A stretch of DNA of 64,000 nt from Octopus vulgaris. Lineage: Eukaryota. Positions 50,821 to 64,000 of the stretch are shown here, in pieces. Below the pieces are notes generated by a model. The model was not told the origin of the DNA, searched no databases, and saw only the letters and a program-made list of their open reading frames with translations. The DNA lies in assembly GCA_951406725.2 (NCBI GenBank), contig OX597817.1:17670001-17734000 (forward strand). Reading direction: 5' to 3'. The position numbers and the translations under genes are program-made. Numbering within the stretch: the first letter of the stretch is position 1; the number at the start of each line of letters is the position of its first letter.

Positions 50821-52827
50821 CTGAATAAATAAAAGAGAAACATATTAATTGGGAAACAATTTACTTTTTCAAAAAGAAATGAAATTGAAGTAAATTCATT
50901 GAATATACTTTTTTCTAGGATAGCAAACAGCAAAAAAGAGTCTTGTCTTTCAGGATAACTAAAATCAAATTCCATAAAGAGTAAATCTAGGATACCTATC
51001 ATATTTATATCTCTCCAGATATCTACAAGCCCTTGTACAAATTCTTCTATTTATTCTTTCATGACTATATATTTCCAACGAGGAAGTAGCTGAAGTGCTT
51101 CAGTTAATTTTCATTTTTATTGAGACTTTGCTGAGTGTATTGTGCAGTGTTGACTAACTGAAATTGCACATAATGTCAGCCATGTAATAACATTTTCACT
51201 TTGAATACGATCCCTTTAGACAGGCATACTCTCATTGTATTTTTTAAAAAAAGGCTAACATACATGAATAAATGCACAAGAGCCGGAAGTAATAGAGTTA
51301 ATAAACATATGTATACAAAGCATTATTAGGTTTATAGCATCCCCATTATTTTTCTTACAAATGCAACATCTAAATCAGCGCCACATGAATTATTTACTAA
51401 TAAAGAGAAAACGTCCTCAAAGCTAATTTTGTCAGATCCAAGTACATTTTATATAACAGCCTTGGTGATTCTTCTAACAAACACAAACGTACTGATTTCT
51501 AATTTAAGCACAAAGCCATAAATTTTGGGAGTGGTTGGTTGTGCAGTTGATTACATCAATCTTTGACTCATTTTACTGGCCCCACTCAGAATATAAACGG
51601 CCTTAACTAGATATAGACAAACATTTTGTCCGGCGCTCTTCGGCCATTATTAAAAAAAGGTTTGTGTTGTTTATATTACAAGGGATCTGAACTATAGGCC
51701 ATCTAACTTAGTAATTACCAATTCGGAAGTCCCTTTCAATACCCATCCATCCATTCCCATGCAAATTAAATCCATTTATTTTGCAAGCTGATGCATTTAA
51801 CTAAATGGTTAGTCCAACTAAACATGGATTGACTAACAGCCAAGACTTTCTCCTTCCAAAAAGCTGAACGGAAGTAATAACTATATAAACCGAAACTAGT
51901 TTGTGAGAGCTTTTGTATATATATATTCTCTTACACGTATAATAAAAAAACAATTCACTGAAAACTAACCACAACCTAGTTTTCGTTCCCAGCTGGAATT
52001 TGCTCGATTACTTATTGCTTATTGGAGAGAAAGTATAAATACCACAACATGTCTCCGATATTATTGCTGGCCTTTTTTCAAAGAAGCCAAATGCAATTTG
52101 CCACAAATACAGATTCGAAATTACTCTCGCCATAATTGCCTTTTTTTTTTTTCCTTTTCTTCTCCTCCCCCTAACAGAAACATTTGAATAACTATAGAAA
52201 AATCCCAAATATTATTAAAAGAAACGGGGGGAAAATAATCGACCTACAAATGTGACTATTTTAGGCAGTCTATCGCAATAACCCACAACTACTACCAACC
52301 AATATGTCAATTTCCCTACCAAACAATGGTGGCTACAATCTCGCACTATTTTGCCTAAGTCGTTTGTTATTCTGCATATTTGCATATGGAAGTTTCTGTG
52401 TGAAGATCAGATCTCTTTTTCCTGGTTTTTCCCAAACTATTAGCTTTTATAATTCGAATGACTTCTTAATCTAAAGATGAAAATCTAACTGTAGCAGTAA
52501 TAGTGATGATAATAGTAGTAATAATCATAATAATAAGTCTCATTTCTACTTGTACACTTTTTCAATCTCGCAGTTATAAGTCTGGGTAGTCCAAGCAAGA
52601 AAAAATGAAAATCGGTTACAATACAGAAATTTTATAATACATTGTCAAAATAGCATTTTTTTTTTCATTGGAAGGGGGGAAAAAGGGGCTATTCTATGCT
52701 TAAAATATTTGAAAAATAAAAACAATCTATACAAAACTGAAGTTTTGACATTGTTATTCAAGACAAAACAAATCACTTGTTATGATCAAGAAATACTAGA
52801 AATTGTTGTTTTTTTTAAATAATAATT

Positions 52828-52858
<31 letters not shown>

Positions 52859-53839
52859 CGGGAGAGAGAGAAAGAGAGATGTTAGTTGAAATAATTAGTA
52901 ACCACATCTTAGAGGCGAACGAGTGTGGGGTTTGAGAGTGATGGATGGATGACACTTTCTCTTTAATAGGCCATGTTTGACAATTGTAATACAAAACCAA
53001 GACTTCGATTTAAAACTTTATCATTAAAAAAAAATAATAATAATAAATAAATGTTAGTTTGGTTATTGCGGAAAGAATATATTGTCGTTTTTCCTCTTTA
53101 ATTAGGAATCATAAATAAGCAAAGGCGATAAATTTATTTGCGGGAGAGTCAAAATTTGTTTGACGAAAGGGAACTACACAATATTGACGGCAAATACAAA
53201 CTCTTGAGTAATCGACCAGAAGTTTAAAGGAGTAATCTACCTACAGAGTACCCAGAGTTTAAATACTCCAAACATATGAAGAAAAGACATTTTGATAATC
53301 TGCATGAAAAAAAAAGGTTGCTGTTGTTTTCAAGAATAGCAATTAAGATCGAAATTACTTCGAATTTACTATCTTCTTAGCACGAACACAAAAGTTTTAC
53401 TGACTTTCACATTAATTTTAAATCTCTTTCAGCATAAAGCTACACATTATGTCTGCGAAAGTAATAATATATATACGTCATTGCTTTATAGAGTCGTGGA
53501 CGAATGAAATATATTAATTTTCGATGAATCTAGATCGTATTTTTATAGCAGTTATTATGACCATTATATAGACATTATATATTATCTAAAAATGCTGACT
53601 GTATATACGAGAAAAAGATTCGTGTATCAATCAAGACTGGATTATAAATCGTTTGCATAACTTTTCCAGTCAACAGGATTCTTATTCCGTTAAACTAAAC
53701 AAAAATTAATTACATTTAAAACTATATTAAAAAAAGAAATATCTTTCGAACAAAAAATAAGGAGAGAGAGAAAAAAAACTACCATTTCAACTCCCCCTAA
53801 TAACGAAGTATTTTTCCAACAAGCAACGAGACACTATGG

Positions 53840-53933
53840 TGTATATATATATATACCTATATATACATACATACCTATATATATATATATATATACCTAT
53901 ATACATATATATACCTATACATATATATATACC

Positions 53934-53964
<31 letters not shown>

Positions 53965-54039
53965 CTATACATATATACCTATATATAGATATATACCTAT
54001 ACATATATATACCTATATATATATATATATACATATATA

Positions 54040-54112
<73 letters not shown>

Positions 54113-54118
54113 TATATA

Positions 54119-54160
<42 letters not shown>

Positions 54161-54205
54161 TATATACCTATATATATATATATATATATATACCTATATA
54201 TATAT

Positions 54206-54252
<47 letters not shown>

Positions 54253-54341
54253 ATATACATATACCTAAATACCCATATACATATATATATATACCTCTAT
54301 ACATATACAAATATATATATACCTATATACATATATATATA
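53840..54341. repeat. Long imperfect (TA)n/(TATATACC) microsatellite
   Basis: Seen directly. Confidence 0.95.
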
Positions 54342-54831
54342 ATTTGCTCAAGTTTTTATAAACAGAAAAGTAAAACAGTCGCTTTGCATACTAGCAGAAA
54401 ATAGCAGTGTTAAGAAATATTTTTTTCATCTGATCAGGAATGAAATCTCTTTCTTTAGTAGTTCGTCTTGGTTAGCTTTTCTTTATAATAACAACGTCAG
54501 CCAACAACAACACTAACCTTTTTTTTTTTATTTCCCCAACAAGGAATAAATAAAGAACAAAACCTAAGGGATTTCTTTTTAGTTATGTTTCTCTGGAGGC
54601 CGTTTCTGGACGACGAAGATAATCCATTAACAGCGTTGTTATTGTTAATCGAAAAGCCAGCAACCTATATAATATATATATGTATATTTATTTTATAGAA
54701 GGAGCTTCTAATCCGAATGGAACAGTTCTTCTAGTCCTTGTAGAAGGCTCCTTCTATAAAATAAATTACTTTACTCTGCAAATGTATTGAGTACCTTATT
54801 TACTGTGGTTAACCCCGACTCAACCCGGGAC

Positions 54832-55063
54832 CTACATATACATATATATATATATACATATATATACACAGACATATATATATATATATATATATACACA
54901 GACATATATTCAGACATATATACATATATATACATAGATATATATATACATACAGATATATATATACATACATACAGATATATATACATACACATATATA
55001 TATACATACACATATATATATATACATACACATATATATATACATACACATATATATATATAT
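54832..55063. repeat. Imperfect TA/CA microsatellite
   Basis: Seen directly. Confidence 0.95.
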
Positions 55064-55245
55064 AAAAGGCCCCCATTATATATATTTGTAGTAAAGCTAT
55101 ATATATTCTCCAGCAAGAGTGAGAGACTTGAGACTTTGATATTCACAAACTGAACAAGAAATGTCCATCGCAGCAAAAAGCACCCACCGGAGAGAGAGAA
55201 AAAGATATATATAGATATATATATATATGTGAGCTGTGTTGCTGT

Positions 55246-55289
<44 letters not shown>

Positions 55290-55418
55290 TTTTAAAAGCA
55301 GGATTAAGTTTTCTTCTTCTTACTACCTCATAATACCTCAAACAATGCAGCAGCTTCATCATTAGTTTTTATGAAATGTACAAATTCTGAGAGGTGCAAA
55401 TCGCCTCCATAGACTTAC

Positions 55419-55536
55419 CACTTTTAGTATAAATTATATCGTGATGGTCCCAATGCGTATATCCCGGTGATAAAGCCGTTTTATCCACTACATGAAACGG
55501 AAGAACGTTTGACACTGTCGACTTTTTAGGCGCCAT
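55419..55536 (-). CDS. PIAS: Candidate alternative first coding exon of PIAS (MAPKKSTVSNVLPFHVVDKTALSPGYTHWDHHDIIYTKS-G), no SAP domain
   Basis: ATG in strong context (ataATGG), 118 nt open, ends at consensus donor G|GTAAGT in phase 1, matching the phase-1 acceptor at 50820; lies in a CpG-rich, SINE-free zone. Peptide has no homology I recognise. Confidence 0.6.
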
Positions 55537-56480
55537 TATTACTCTAACATGATGGTAACACCCAAATGGAATACAATATATATAATCTTACACACACTCA
55601 CAACTCCTGTAAATGCCGAGCTGGGAGGACAAGGAGAGATTTTTTGATTATATATTTGATTAGGGGCAAAAAAAAAAAATAATAAAAGGCCCAGAATTTA
55701 ACAACGTGACTCTATATTATAAAAAAAAAAAAAAAAAAAAAACAGATTGTTTTCTCCTCTCTATCATCAAAATACGCAGGGTAAATTTTTAAAGAAACAA
55801 ATTAAATCAGCAGTAAATGATAGATAATTAGGTCTAAAACTTGCATGCAATCGACGACGACGACGACTCTCCCGTCAATTCGCGGTTATTTGTACATTAT
55901 TATTATCATTATTATTATTATTATTATTTTCCTTCTCTGTCTCAATGGGCGAAGTCGGCCGAGAAAGTGGCATCCATTAGTTTCTGGGGGAAAGCAGCGG
56001 GGGAAAAGAAGTCAAAGTTAGCAGAAAGGTCAGAACCTAGCGTTTCTGGTAGCAAGTCCAGGGCCAGCATAACCTGTCCGTGAGTGGGGTAGTTCATTTG
56101 GTCTGTGTGTGTGGGTCTCGCGGATGGAGCCAAGCGGTGTGATAAAGGAAAAAAAATTAATTGTTTACTTGACCGACCGTCTAAACAGTGTTGTGTTCGT
56201 AAGATTCAGAGGAAAAACTTACTACCACCACCGCCACCACCACACAACTGCTACTGCAACCGCTACTCCTGTACTGCCGCCGCTGCTGCTGCTGCTGTTA
56301 ATACAGCTGCTCCTTTCCTTGTCGAACACTACTACCACCGCCACTCCGACGGCGGCTGCTGTTACACCTACTACCACCACCACTCCTACTGCTACTGTCG
56401 TCGTTAATGCTGCTACATCTGAGCCTGCTTTCGTTTAATACTTTGTGCTACCAAACTGTGTCCAGGCCCAATATTGTAGC
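55537..56480 (-). promoter_or_regulatory. CpG/GC-rich putative promoter and 5' UTR upstream of the alternative first exon
   Basis: Visibly higher CpG and GC content than the CpG-poor background; compound trinucleotide tracts at 56220-56415; directly upstream of the ATG at 55536. Confidence 0.5.
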
Positions 56481-57894
56481 TTTGTTCAATAGATTTATTA
56501 TAATCAACGCAAACTTAAGTCTTTTCCTCCAAAAAATAAAATTTAAATATAGTCAAGAGGCCCGATTATAATTATATATATATATATATATATGTACTTT
56601 ATTTAAAGCAGCAGAGAATTCAACAGCGATTCAGTAAAGTTAGAAATGTTGGAACCTTGACAGAGGCCTAATTCGATTGCTATTCGTCAAACCAAAAGTA
56701 CCTATACAAAGAGTATAAATAAATGTACTTTTCCTAATCAAAAAATTTGTTTTCGTAAAATGAGAAATACTTGTAGTAAAAAATAGTACGTATAAAAAAA
56801 AGTACATATCTGACTCGTGACAAACAATGGTTACGAAAAGTATGTCACATTCAGAGGGTTGTAAAAAGGGGAGGTAATCGTTACAATCATATGGAACAGA
56901 GGCGAGGAAATAAAATTTCGTTATTAGAACTCGAGACAAAATGAATAAGACTAATCTTTGTTCGTATCTGTTTAGGGAAAATGTTTCCGCATTGATAAAA
57001 GAACGGCTTAGTGATCGTTCTGAAGTAACAGCCAAATTTCACTCAAAGTACTCGAAACGCATTTAAAAGGAAGGTACATTAGATAACAGCATGGATAATC
57101 CCACTTCTAAAAAAAGTGGGCACGGCTGGAATGCTTTTGATGATATAAGTGCTTGATGTCGATTGGCATGAAGTCAAACATACACACACACACACTTAAC
57201 ATGTGAGTGTGGTTGTGCAGAGCTTAAATGGAAACAAACTAAGGTGGTCCATGCATGAAAACTTACATTCTCTCTCTCTTACATACATACACCTTTCTGC
57301 ATTTCATATATTAACTATATGAGGTGTATGAGTGCTTGAGTATATATAATCATAGAAAATATAATAAAAATAGCTCTAAAATTTGAATTCATTCCTAAAC
57401 AAAGAAAACCTGTTTTTACGCAAGAGTATGAGAGTTTCTATGACTATTTAAAATAAGTTTTAATTCATGCTCTATGAGGAAAGTTTTATATTTCTTCCCA
57501 TGAAAAATATGTCAGGTTATGCACTGACCAAAATATCGTTGGGCTCTGAATTGAAGCATTTGCTTTTAACGTTTTCAAATGTGAGTAGCGATAGAAAGTT
57601 GCAACTTACATCCTGGTTGGAAGTGATACTTTTTAAAGATTATTTCAACAATTTGTTTTTAATGAAAAAATAAAAAGTGAAATACAATCATATGAATCAA
57701 ATAGTCCTTTAAATATTTTAATATGTAATCTTTCAGTTCTCTCTACCGTTTCACATCAATTTTTTCATGCTGGTTAAGATTGGATACATTATAAATGGAA
57801 TTGGTGCAAATCAGAAGGTAAACCTAAGACCATGAGGTCAATATCTTGCACCCTTAACTTCACAATCATTAAGCCTAAGTGATACAATACTGTA

Positions 57895-58148
57895 TTAACA
57901 CACGTGGACATACCTACAAAGTCAGAAAACAACACAGCTCCCATGACTTTAGGAAACATTTTTTCACGCTCAGTGTTGCTGAAGCATGGAACAAACTGCC
58001 TGCGTCAGTTGTTGACTGCCATGACACTGCATACTTTAAGGCCCTCATGCTTTCCAAAATCTGCCGAAACTACACCTGATTATACATACACTTTAGATGA
58101 GTTGTAGTGCACCTGAGCACTGTACACAATGTTTTTATTATTATTATT
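57895..58148 (+). mobile_element. CR1-type LINE 3' end, short
   Basis: TRGHTYKVRKQHSSHDFRKHFFTLSVAEAWNKLP; (ATT)n tail. Confidence 0.85.
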
Positions 58149-59738
58149 AAATATAGGTTATACACATATACAGATCACTACCTATGTAGCAGCAGAATGA
58201 ATGTATTTTTTTATTTGCTTGCAGTTGTGAATTCAAGTCCTCCTGGTGGTAGGCAACACTCTGAAATTTGTAGCATCACTAGAAATTCAGTTTGTCCTAA
58301 GACTCTTTTAATGGTGTAAAATAATTAAGAAAGGGAAAAAAAGAACTATTGTTTTTGTATTTAGTTCCTATGTCTTGATGATGCTGAAAGAAAGCAAATA
58401 TTTCAAGATTTGGATCTTTTATGAACTCCAAAATGTTTTGACTCAGAACAACTGCTGACTGATTATAAATAGTATAATGCATTTAGCCACATTTTAGATG
58501 CCAATATCCTATGTGCACTCTCTGTGACTTTTATTGGCTAAAATTTGGTTAGGTTATATGTTACACTCCATTTAAGGCCAAATCTCTTTTATATCCACAT
58601 CCATGATGGCTCAGCAAATTCCAAACATGTTCTTACATTTTAACTGCTCAGTCTTCTGAATTCAGTAGATGCATCATGGACATAAACCAAAATACTTTTT
58701 TTGCACTTTTCAAATTATTAAACTGAAGAATTCATAAGGTCCATTTTATCAGGACAACACTGCTTTTGAACTTTTCTTCTTGGCAGTATATTCTTGTTAT
58801 CTAATAATTCTAGTACTTCAAAAGCAACATTTTCCAGTAAGGTCAAACAATAATCTTTCATATTCTTTAGCAAACAAAGTGAAAAATAAAGCTTTATCCA
58901 ACACAAAATTTTTTCGCTTTCTTCAATGTGGTCTGACTAATTCTAGTAAACTGTCCTAGTCCATGGAAATTGCAATTGGTAAAAACATTAATGTGCCTGT
59001 CTACAGGATGAAGGAGAAATGCTGCATTCAGTAACCCATACCACTAAGCTGTAACCAAACATAGGGAAGTTGAAGCATTTCTTTTCTCTCAGATGAATGA
59101 TGATTCCCAAAATGTCAGATTCTTCTTCTTGCCATATCATACAAACTTATTCATTTAAACTCATAAACCATTCAGAAGTATTGGAGTTGACAAATGTTTC
59201 ATTATTTGCAGGACTGAATTTAAATTCACAGGCAAAAATCTACAATAAAGCCATCATTACTTAATAACACTAGGAGGAATAGGATGAACTTCAATAAAAT
59301 GGCACATCTTCCAATAAAAGTGTTGAATAAATGAACTTTTTTCTTTAATCCTTGACACTAAAGCACATCACAGTGCAAATTGACTGTTTCCTTCTTTAAA
59401 AGCATGTGGACTTGGCCCAAGAATATTTGATGTTTTAATGTGGTGTTTTTTGATTTAATCCATGTTGCATTTAAATCTGTCATATAACCAACACGATAGC
59501 CATTGATTAAAATCTTCAACTTATTCTGTAATACAGTTCTGGTAATCTAGTTCTTGCTATCTTATAACCCACATCCTTGGAGTCACTATAACTAAAACTG
59601 CACTAAAGAGACTAAAGGTCCTTTCCATAGCTAAAATGTATTTGACTTGAGCATTTACTGAGAGATAAAACCTTTACAATTATGAAATATTGCTTCTGTG
59701 CCTGAAAATGTGCAGACATACCAAATTACTAATATTAA

Positions 59739-60125
59739 ACAGGAGTGGCTGTGTGGTAAGTAGCTTGCTAACCAACCACATGGTTCCGGGTTCAGTCCTA
59801 CTGCATGGCATCTTGGGCAAGTGTCTTCTGTTATAGCCCCGGGCCGACCAATGCCTTGTGAGTGGATTTGGTAGACGGAAACTGAAAGAAGCCTGTCCTA
59901 TATATGTATATGTATGTATGTGTTTGTGTGTCTGTGTTTATACCCCTAGCATTGCTTGACAACCGATGCTGGTGTGTTTACGTCCCCGTCACTTAGCGGT
60001 TCGGCAAAAGAGACCGATAGAATAAGTACTGGGCTTACAAAGAATAAGTCCCGGGGTCGATGTGCTCGACTAAAGGCGGTGCTCCAGCATGGCCGCAGTC
60101 AAATGACTGAAACATGTAAAAGAGT
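59739..60125 (+). mobile_element. SINE family A
   Basis: Full match to the family. Confidence 0.9.
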
Positions 60126-61547
60126 GTCTAACGAGAAAGTAACAACTCCACAAAGAAACCCCCACCAGAAGCAGCCTCCAGCTTACTAGCCCACTACTAA
60201 GTCATACTCTCACTATTTCTTGAATATATTCATTATTATGGCACTTGTCAGTCCACTAAAAATTTCTTTATTCCTGTGACAATCATCAGTCAATAATTTT
60301 TTTTTATTTTTTACTTATACTGTATGCTAATCATTTTGCCAATATCTATAAGCCTGGAACTGTATTCATTAAGCCTTCAACTTTAAAAGGCCACAAAGAA
60401 ACTGTCTTCCTTCTTTCGACTGGAAAAAGAAATGAAATAAAAAAGAAAAAAAGAAGAAAAAAAATTGACAGGATATACCTGACATATTCATGATGATGGC
60501 ATCTGACTATCAATGTGATACACACAAAAAAATTACACAGAGCTAACATCATGATAATGGTGACTGAAGTGGTACCTGGCTTGCAAGCAGATACTTATGG
60601 TGGTAAAAATTTATTTTTCTGGAAACGAGTAATATTTTCATGATGTTTCAAGTGTTTTCATGATGTTGAAGGAAAATAAAATTAAATTAAAAAATAATAC
60701 AAATATAAATATTTTAACTCCCCCCCCCCCCCCCCCAGATATTTAGTCAAGAATCCTACAACTCTTATTTTCAGACATTTGTGTGAGTGCCTTTCCAGGA
60801 TGGTGGAATACCAATCAAATAAATCTTTGTTCGTTTTTATTTCAATCAAATAATCTAAATGGTAGCATAACATGAGTGCTGAAACAAAATATTCTGAATA
60901 TTTTAAGAGGATAAATTTGGATATAATTTTACTTTTTTTTTTTAAATAGATGTAATGTTTTTAAATGACAGTTTACTAAATCTAAACAGTGCAGAAAATA
61001 GTGTGAAAAATTATATAGTGTGAAATAATAAACATTAGCTTTATAGCATAACTGAAATAAAAGCACTCTTTCACAGTAAATGAGCAAGTCTAAAGAACAT
61101 TCTCCAGGCAAGCTATATCATGCACCCACTCCTCGGATTTCCTCACCACTCCCAATTGAACTCAAATCTAGTGATGCATTTATTCATGTATGTTAGCCTT
61201 TTTTTTAAAAATACAATTAGAGTGTGCCTGTCTAAAGGGATCGTTATTAGCAACAAAAACTGAGGTCACCCCAGTGGTGATGTATGTAAAACATTTTGTG
61301 TACTTGAAATACATTTAAAATATGTATCTATTGATTTTTAAGAGAGTAAATTTAACAGAGAATGATGGGATGATAATTGCCATAAATAATATTTGTTAAG
61401 TTTTAATTATCTATAAGTGTTCCTCAGTAAAGTGACTTTGACAATTCATTTAATAATTCATTTTCATAAATTGAATACATTTTATTTTTGATTATGAAGC
61501 ATTGATTATCAGTAACAGCAAGCACCCATACCACACTGTTCACTATT

Positions 61548-61776
61548 TTAACCCTTTAGTGTTCAGATTACTCTGTTAAATGTAATACTTTCTCACTCAA
61601 ATTGTTTTGAATTAATCCTGGATCATCTTACAGCTTTGAGGTTTCAATGATGTGATTACTTATTTTCAGAATGGCATTGTAGGTTAGGTGTGAGAGGCTA
61701 GACATCGCCAGTTTGAATATAAAACATGTAGAATATATTGGGCCGGATTTGGCCAGTTTAAACACTAAAGGGTTAA
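61548..61776. mobile_element. TTAA-flanked MITE
   Basis: Perfect TIR CCCTTTAGTGTT / AACACTAAAGGG with TTAA TSD. Confidence 0.85.
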
Positions 61777-63799
61777 ATTCACAAATAATTTTTAACATTC
61801 AATAGCTAGCCTATGTACCAGATGAAGGACTGACTGGAAAAGCAATCAACAACTTGCTGTTTGGTCACAGGAATTGTATCTCTTGTAGAACTATTATGTC
61901 ACATCCTTACACGGATCCAAGATATTGATCTAAACTTTTCAGTAAACAGCAAAACCTCCCATCTTGTAAACAATTTGCTCGGGCTACATTATTAGTTTCA
62001 AACCCTTCCCCCCTACCCCTTTTGAGCCTAATTAACAAAATCTCAATAATAAAGATCATTATTTGATATCATTTAAGTTTTCAACCAATAGTACATTCCT
62101 AACCTCAAAGCAATCTGCAGCAATATAATTCAAACTTTTATCACCAGAGGGAAGTTCATCTTCTGCCCATATTTTCATTAGACATGGATTTGTAGAGGTT
62201 CAAGCTGATTATCAATTTTATTAACCCCACATCTATTTCACAACACCCATAGAGGTATTTGTAATTCAAAATTTTCTTGTACTGATTCTTTACTCAACTG
62301 AAAACATGAGATAATCTTCATCAACACACGCGTTTATTTCATCAGGTTTTTGTCCACTTTATCCATATATGTTTTATTGCTTATCTATCTATTTAGTTTT
62401 GAAAAGGCTGAAAAAAAGAACTTAAATAAAACCAATAATTGGAACAGAATTTTTTTCCATTTCATTACTTGCTTATTTTTTTACTTTCTTATTTTCTCCA
62501 TAACCTCCTGGCATATACTAAATAAATAAAAATGCATCTAAATCATTCATTACTATAAATTTGGTTAAAATAGAACTGATTGTGAAAGAGTGACAATCTG
62601 CTATCTGATTATATTTAATAATGTGTTTTTTTTTTATAAAAGATCTACACAGGTGTTAAATAAAGAGAAAGTGAAAATAAAAGAAAGTGGGTAAAAAAGT
62701 AAAAACATACTTTTTCCTTGCATCCCTATTGAAGACTTTAAGTTTAATGGGTGTACAGCCAGATTTCTGATCAATTCCGATTTAACTGAATTTACTGAAA
62801 ATTGAAAAATAAGAACCATTATTGCTATGGTTCTCCAAACACATATAAATCAAAGTCAGATAAGGTTTTCCTTATACTGATTAAATTTATACTTCACCAT
62901 AAACACCTCATCTATAACCATTACATTAGGTAAACTAACAGAGAAGGTTGTGAAAAGAGAAAATGTAGTGTAAAAGGATAAAAATGGTAAATGTGAAGAA
63001 AGGAGAATATTTAAGCTTTTATATAACACGTCTGCACACACTATCACATTTATTCACCAGCAACAAGGCAGCCAAACAAACATGTCAAACAAATATTGTT
63101 CATTCATCAACAAAACAAAACTAAAACATCCACTAAGTCGGATGCCTTTTCATAACCAAAACTGTATCCTAAAGGAGAGACCTCCTTTTTTTTGAAAAGC
63201 GAAAACTATTTTATATCTTAACAGTTGCTGACATTCTACATGATAAAAAAAATGCTCCAAGCAATGGAGTATTGATCATATATCTGTGATAGTGCAGCTG
63301 GTACACATACATTGTAGATGGCAAAAAAAGGGGCTATCTGCATGATAAACAAACTCCTACTTGTCAATACATACCCACAAACAAACAACAATATTCCATG
63401 TCTGATCTAAGCTAGCAAACTTAAGTCAAGCATACTCAAACCACAACTCATCCTCCTTAGTATATCACACACCATAAACCCAATTCAAAGAACTTTATTC
63501 AAACTTTTATCACTAAGGGGAGTTCATACTCGATCCATATTTTCTTTACAGATATGGACTTCTAGAAGTATACCAATTCCAGTAACCTTACAAGCTTAGA
63601 AGGGTCTGCAGAGGATAAGGGTAGTACCATTTTGCTTGAACTAAATCATATTAATGATTATGCATACACACACCTGAATGCACCTTCATTTTAATAGTTT
63701 AGTCAGAGGAGGAAGACTAATGATCCTTTTTCAGAGCCTTTGTAATTGGTGTGAGGTGTAAGGGAGAATGTTATCCGAAGACTGAAAACCTGGTCCAAA

Positions 63800-63945
63800 C
63801 ATTTGCAAGAGAGGACTTGCAGAAGAGGGAAACCCAGGGAGATATGGGACAAAGTGGTGAAGGCTGATCTCAGGACCTTCATGAGATTACAAAGGCCCAG
63901 GATTATTGTGATATACCATTCTCGATAAGACCTACCTAATCCTAC
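63800..63945 (+). mobile_element. Degraded RTE C-terminal fragment
   Basis: TCRRGKPREIWDKVVKADLRT resembles the RTE RGRPRKTW..VV..DL motif. Confidence 0.5.
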
Positions 63946-64000
63946 CACCCGTCATTTCTCTAATTAGTTCTTCCTTGATGCTACTTATTTTTCTTACTAT

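Noticed and set aside
53787-55362. YI-rich ORFs in the ORF track
   Set aside because: Translations of TA/CA microsatellites.
62125-63568. Diverged ~70-bp direct repeat (62125-62197 vs 63496-63568)
   Set aside because: Low identity; most simply old fragments of an unclassified repeat.
56500-64000. SAP-domain exon of PIAS
   Set aside because: Scanned minus-strand donor/acceptor candidates by eye and found no SAP-like peptide; presumably beyond the window, though a manual miss is possible.
1-64000. CRISPR arrays, operons or prokaryotic defence systems
   Set aside because: The sequence is an intron-rich animal locus; repeats are dispersed TEs and microsatellites, not regularly spaced repeat-spacer arrays.

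Overview
AT-rich eukaryotic genomic DNA with spliceosomal introns and dense TEs. The repeat complement (tRNA-headed SINEs with internal TA/TG microsatellites, RTE and CR1 LINE relics) resembles an octopus/coleoid cephalopod genome; this is an inference. The main feature is a multi-exon PIAS-family SUMO E3 ligase gene on the minus strand, CDS about 16978-55536. I traced it by hand through GT-AG exons with consistent phases: PINIT domain, SP-RING (zf-MIZ), acidic SIM (VIDLT-SSSDEED) and C-terminal PDVISLD. I found no SAP-domain exon in the window. Instead, an ATG-initiated phase-1 exon at 55419-55536 in a CpG-rich zone splices in frame, predicting a SAP-less isoform (14 exons, 1842 nt, 613 aa). 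The 3' half shows signs of complex processing: a read-through stop, tandem donors in three phases, a candidate recursive splice site, and candidate terminal/poison exons. The rest is TE-derived: SINEs, a fragmented RTE LINE, CR1 3' ends, a Gypsy integrase relic, TTAA MITEs, non-autonomous Helitrons and a mariner-type MITE. Most notable oddities: a near-full-length 5S rRNA copy fused to an RTE 3' tail (possible SINE3), a perfect 38-bp SINE-head foldback at the breakpoint of a ~620-bp inverted duplication, and the PIAS isoform architecture. Most ORFs in the supplied track are spurious (SINE- or microsatellite-derived). All coordinates were read by eye and may be off by a few bases at TE edges.
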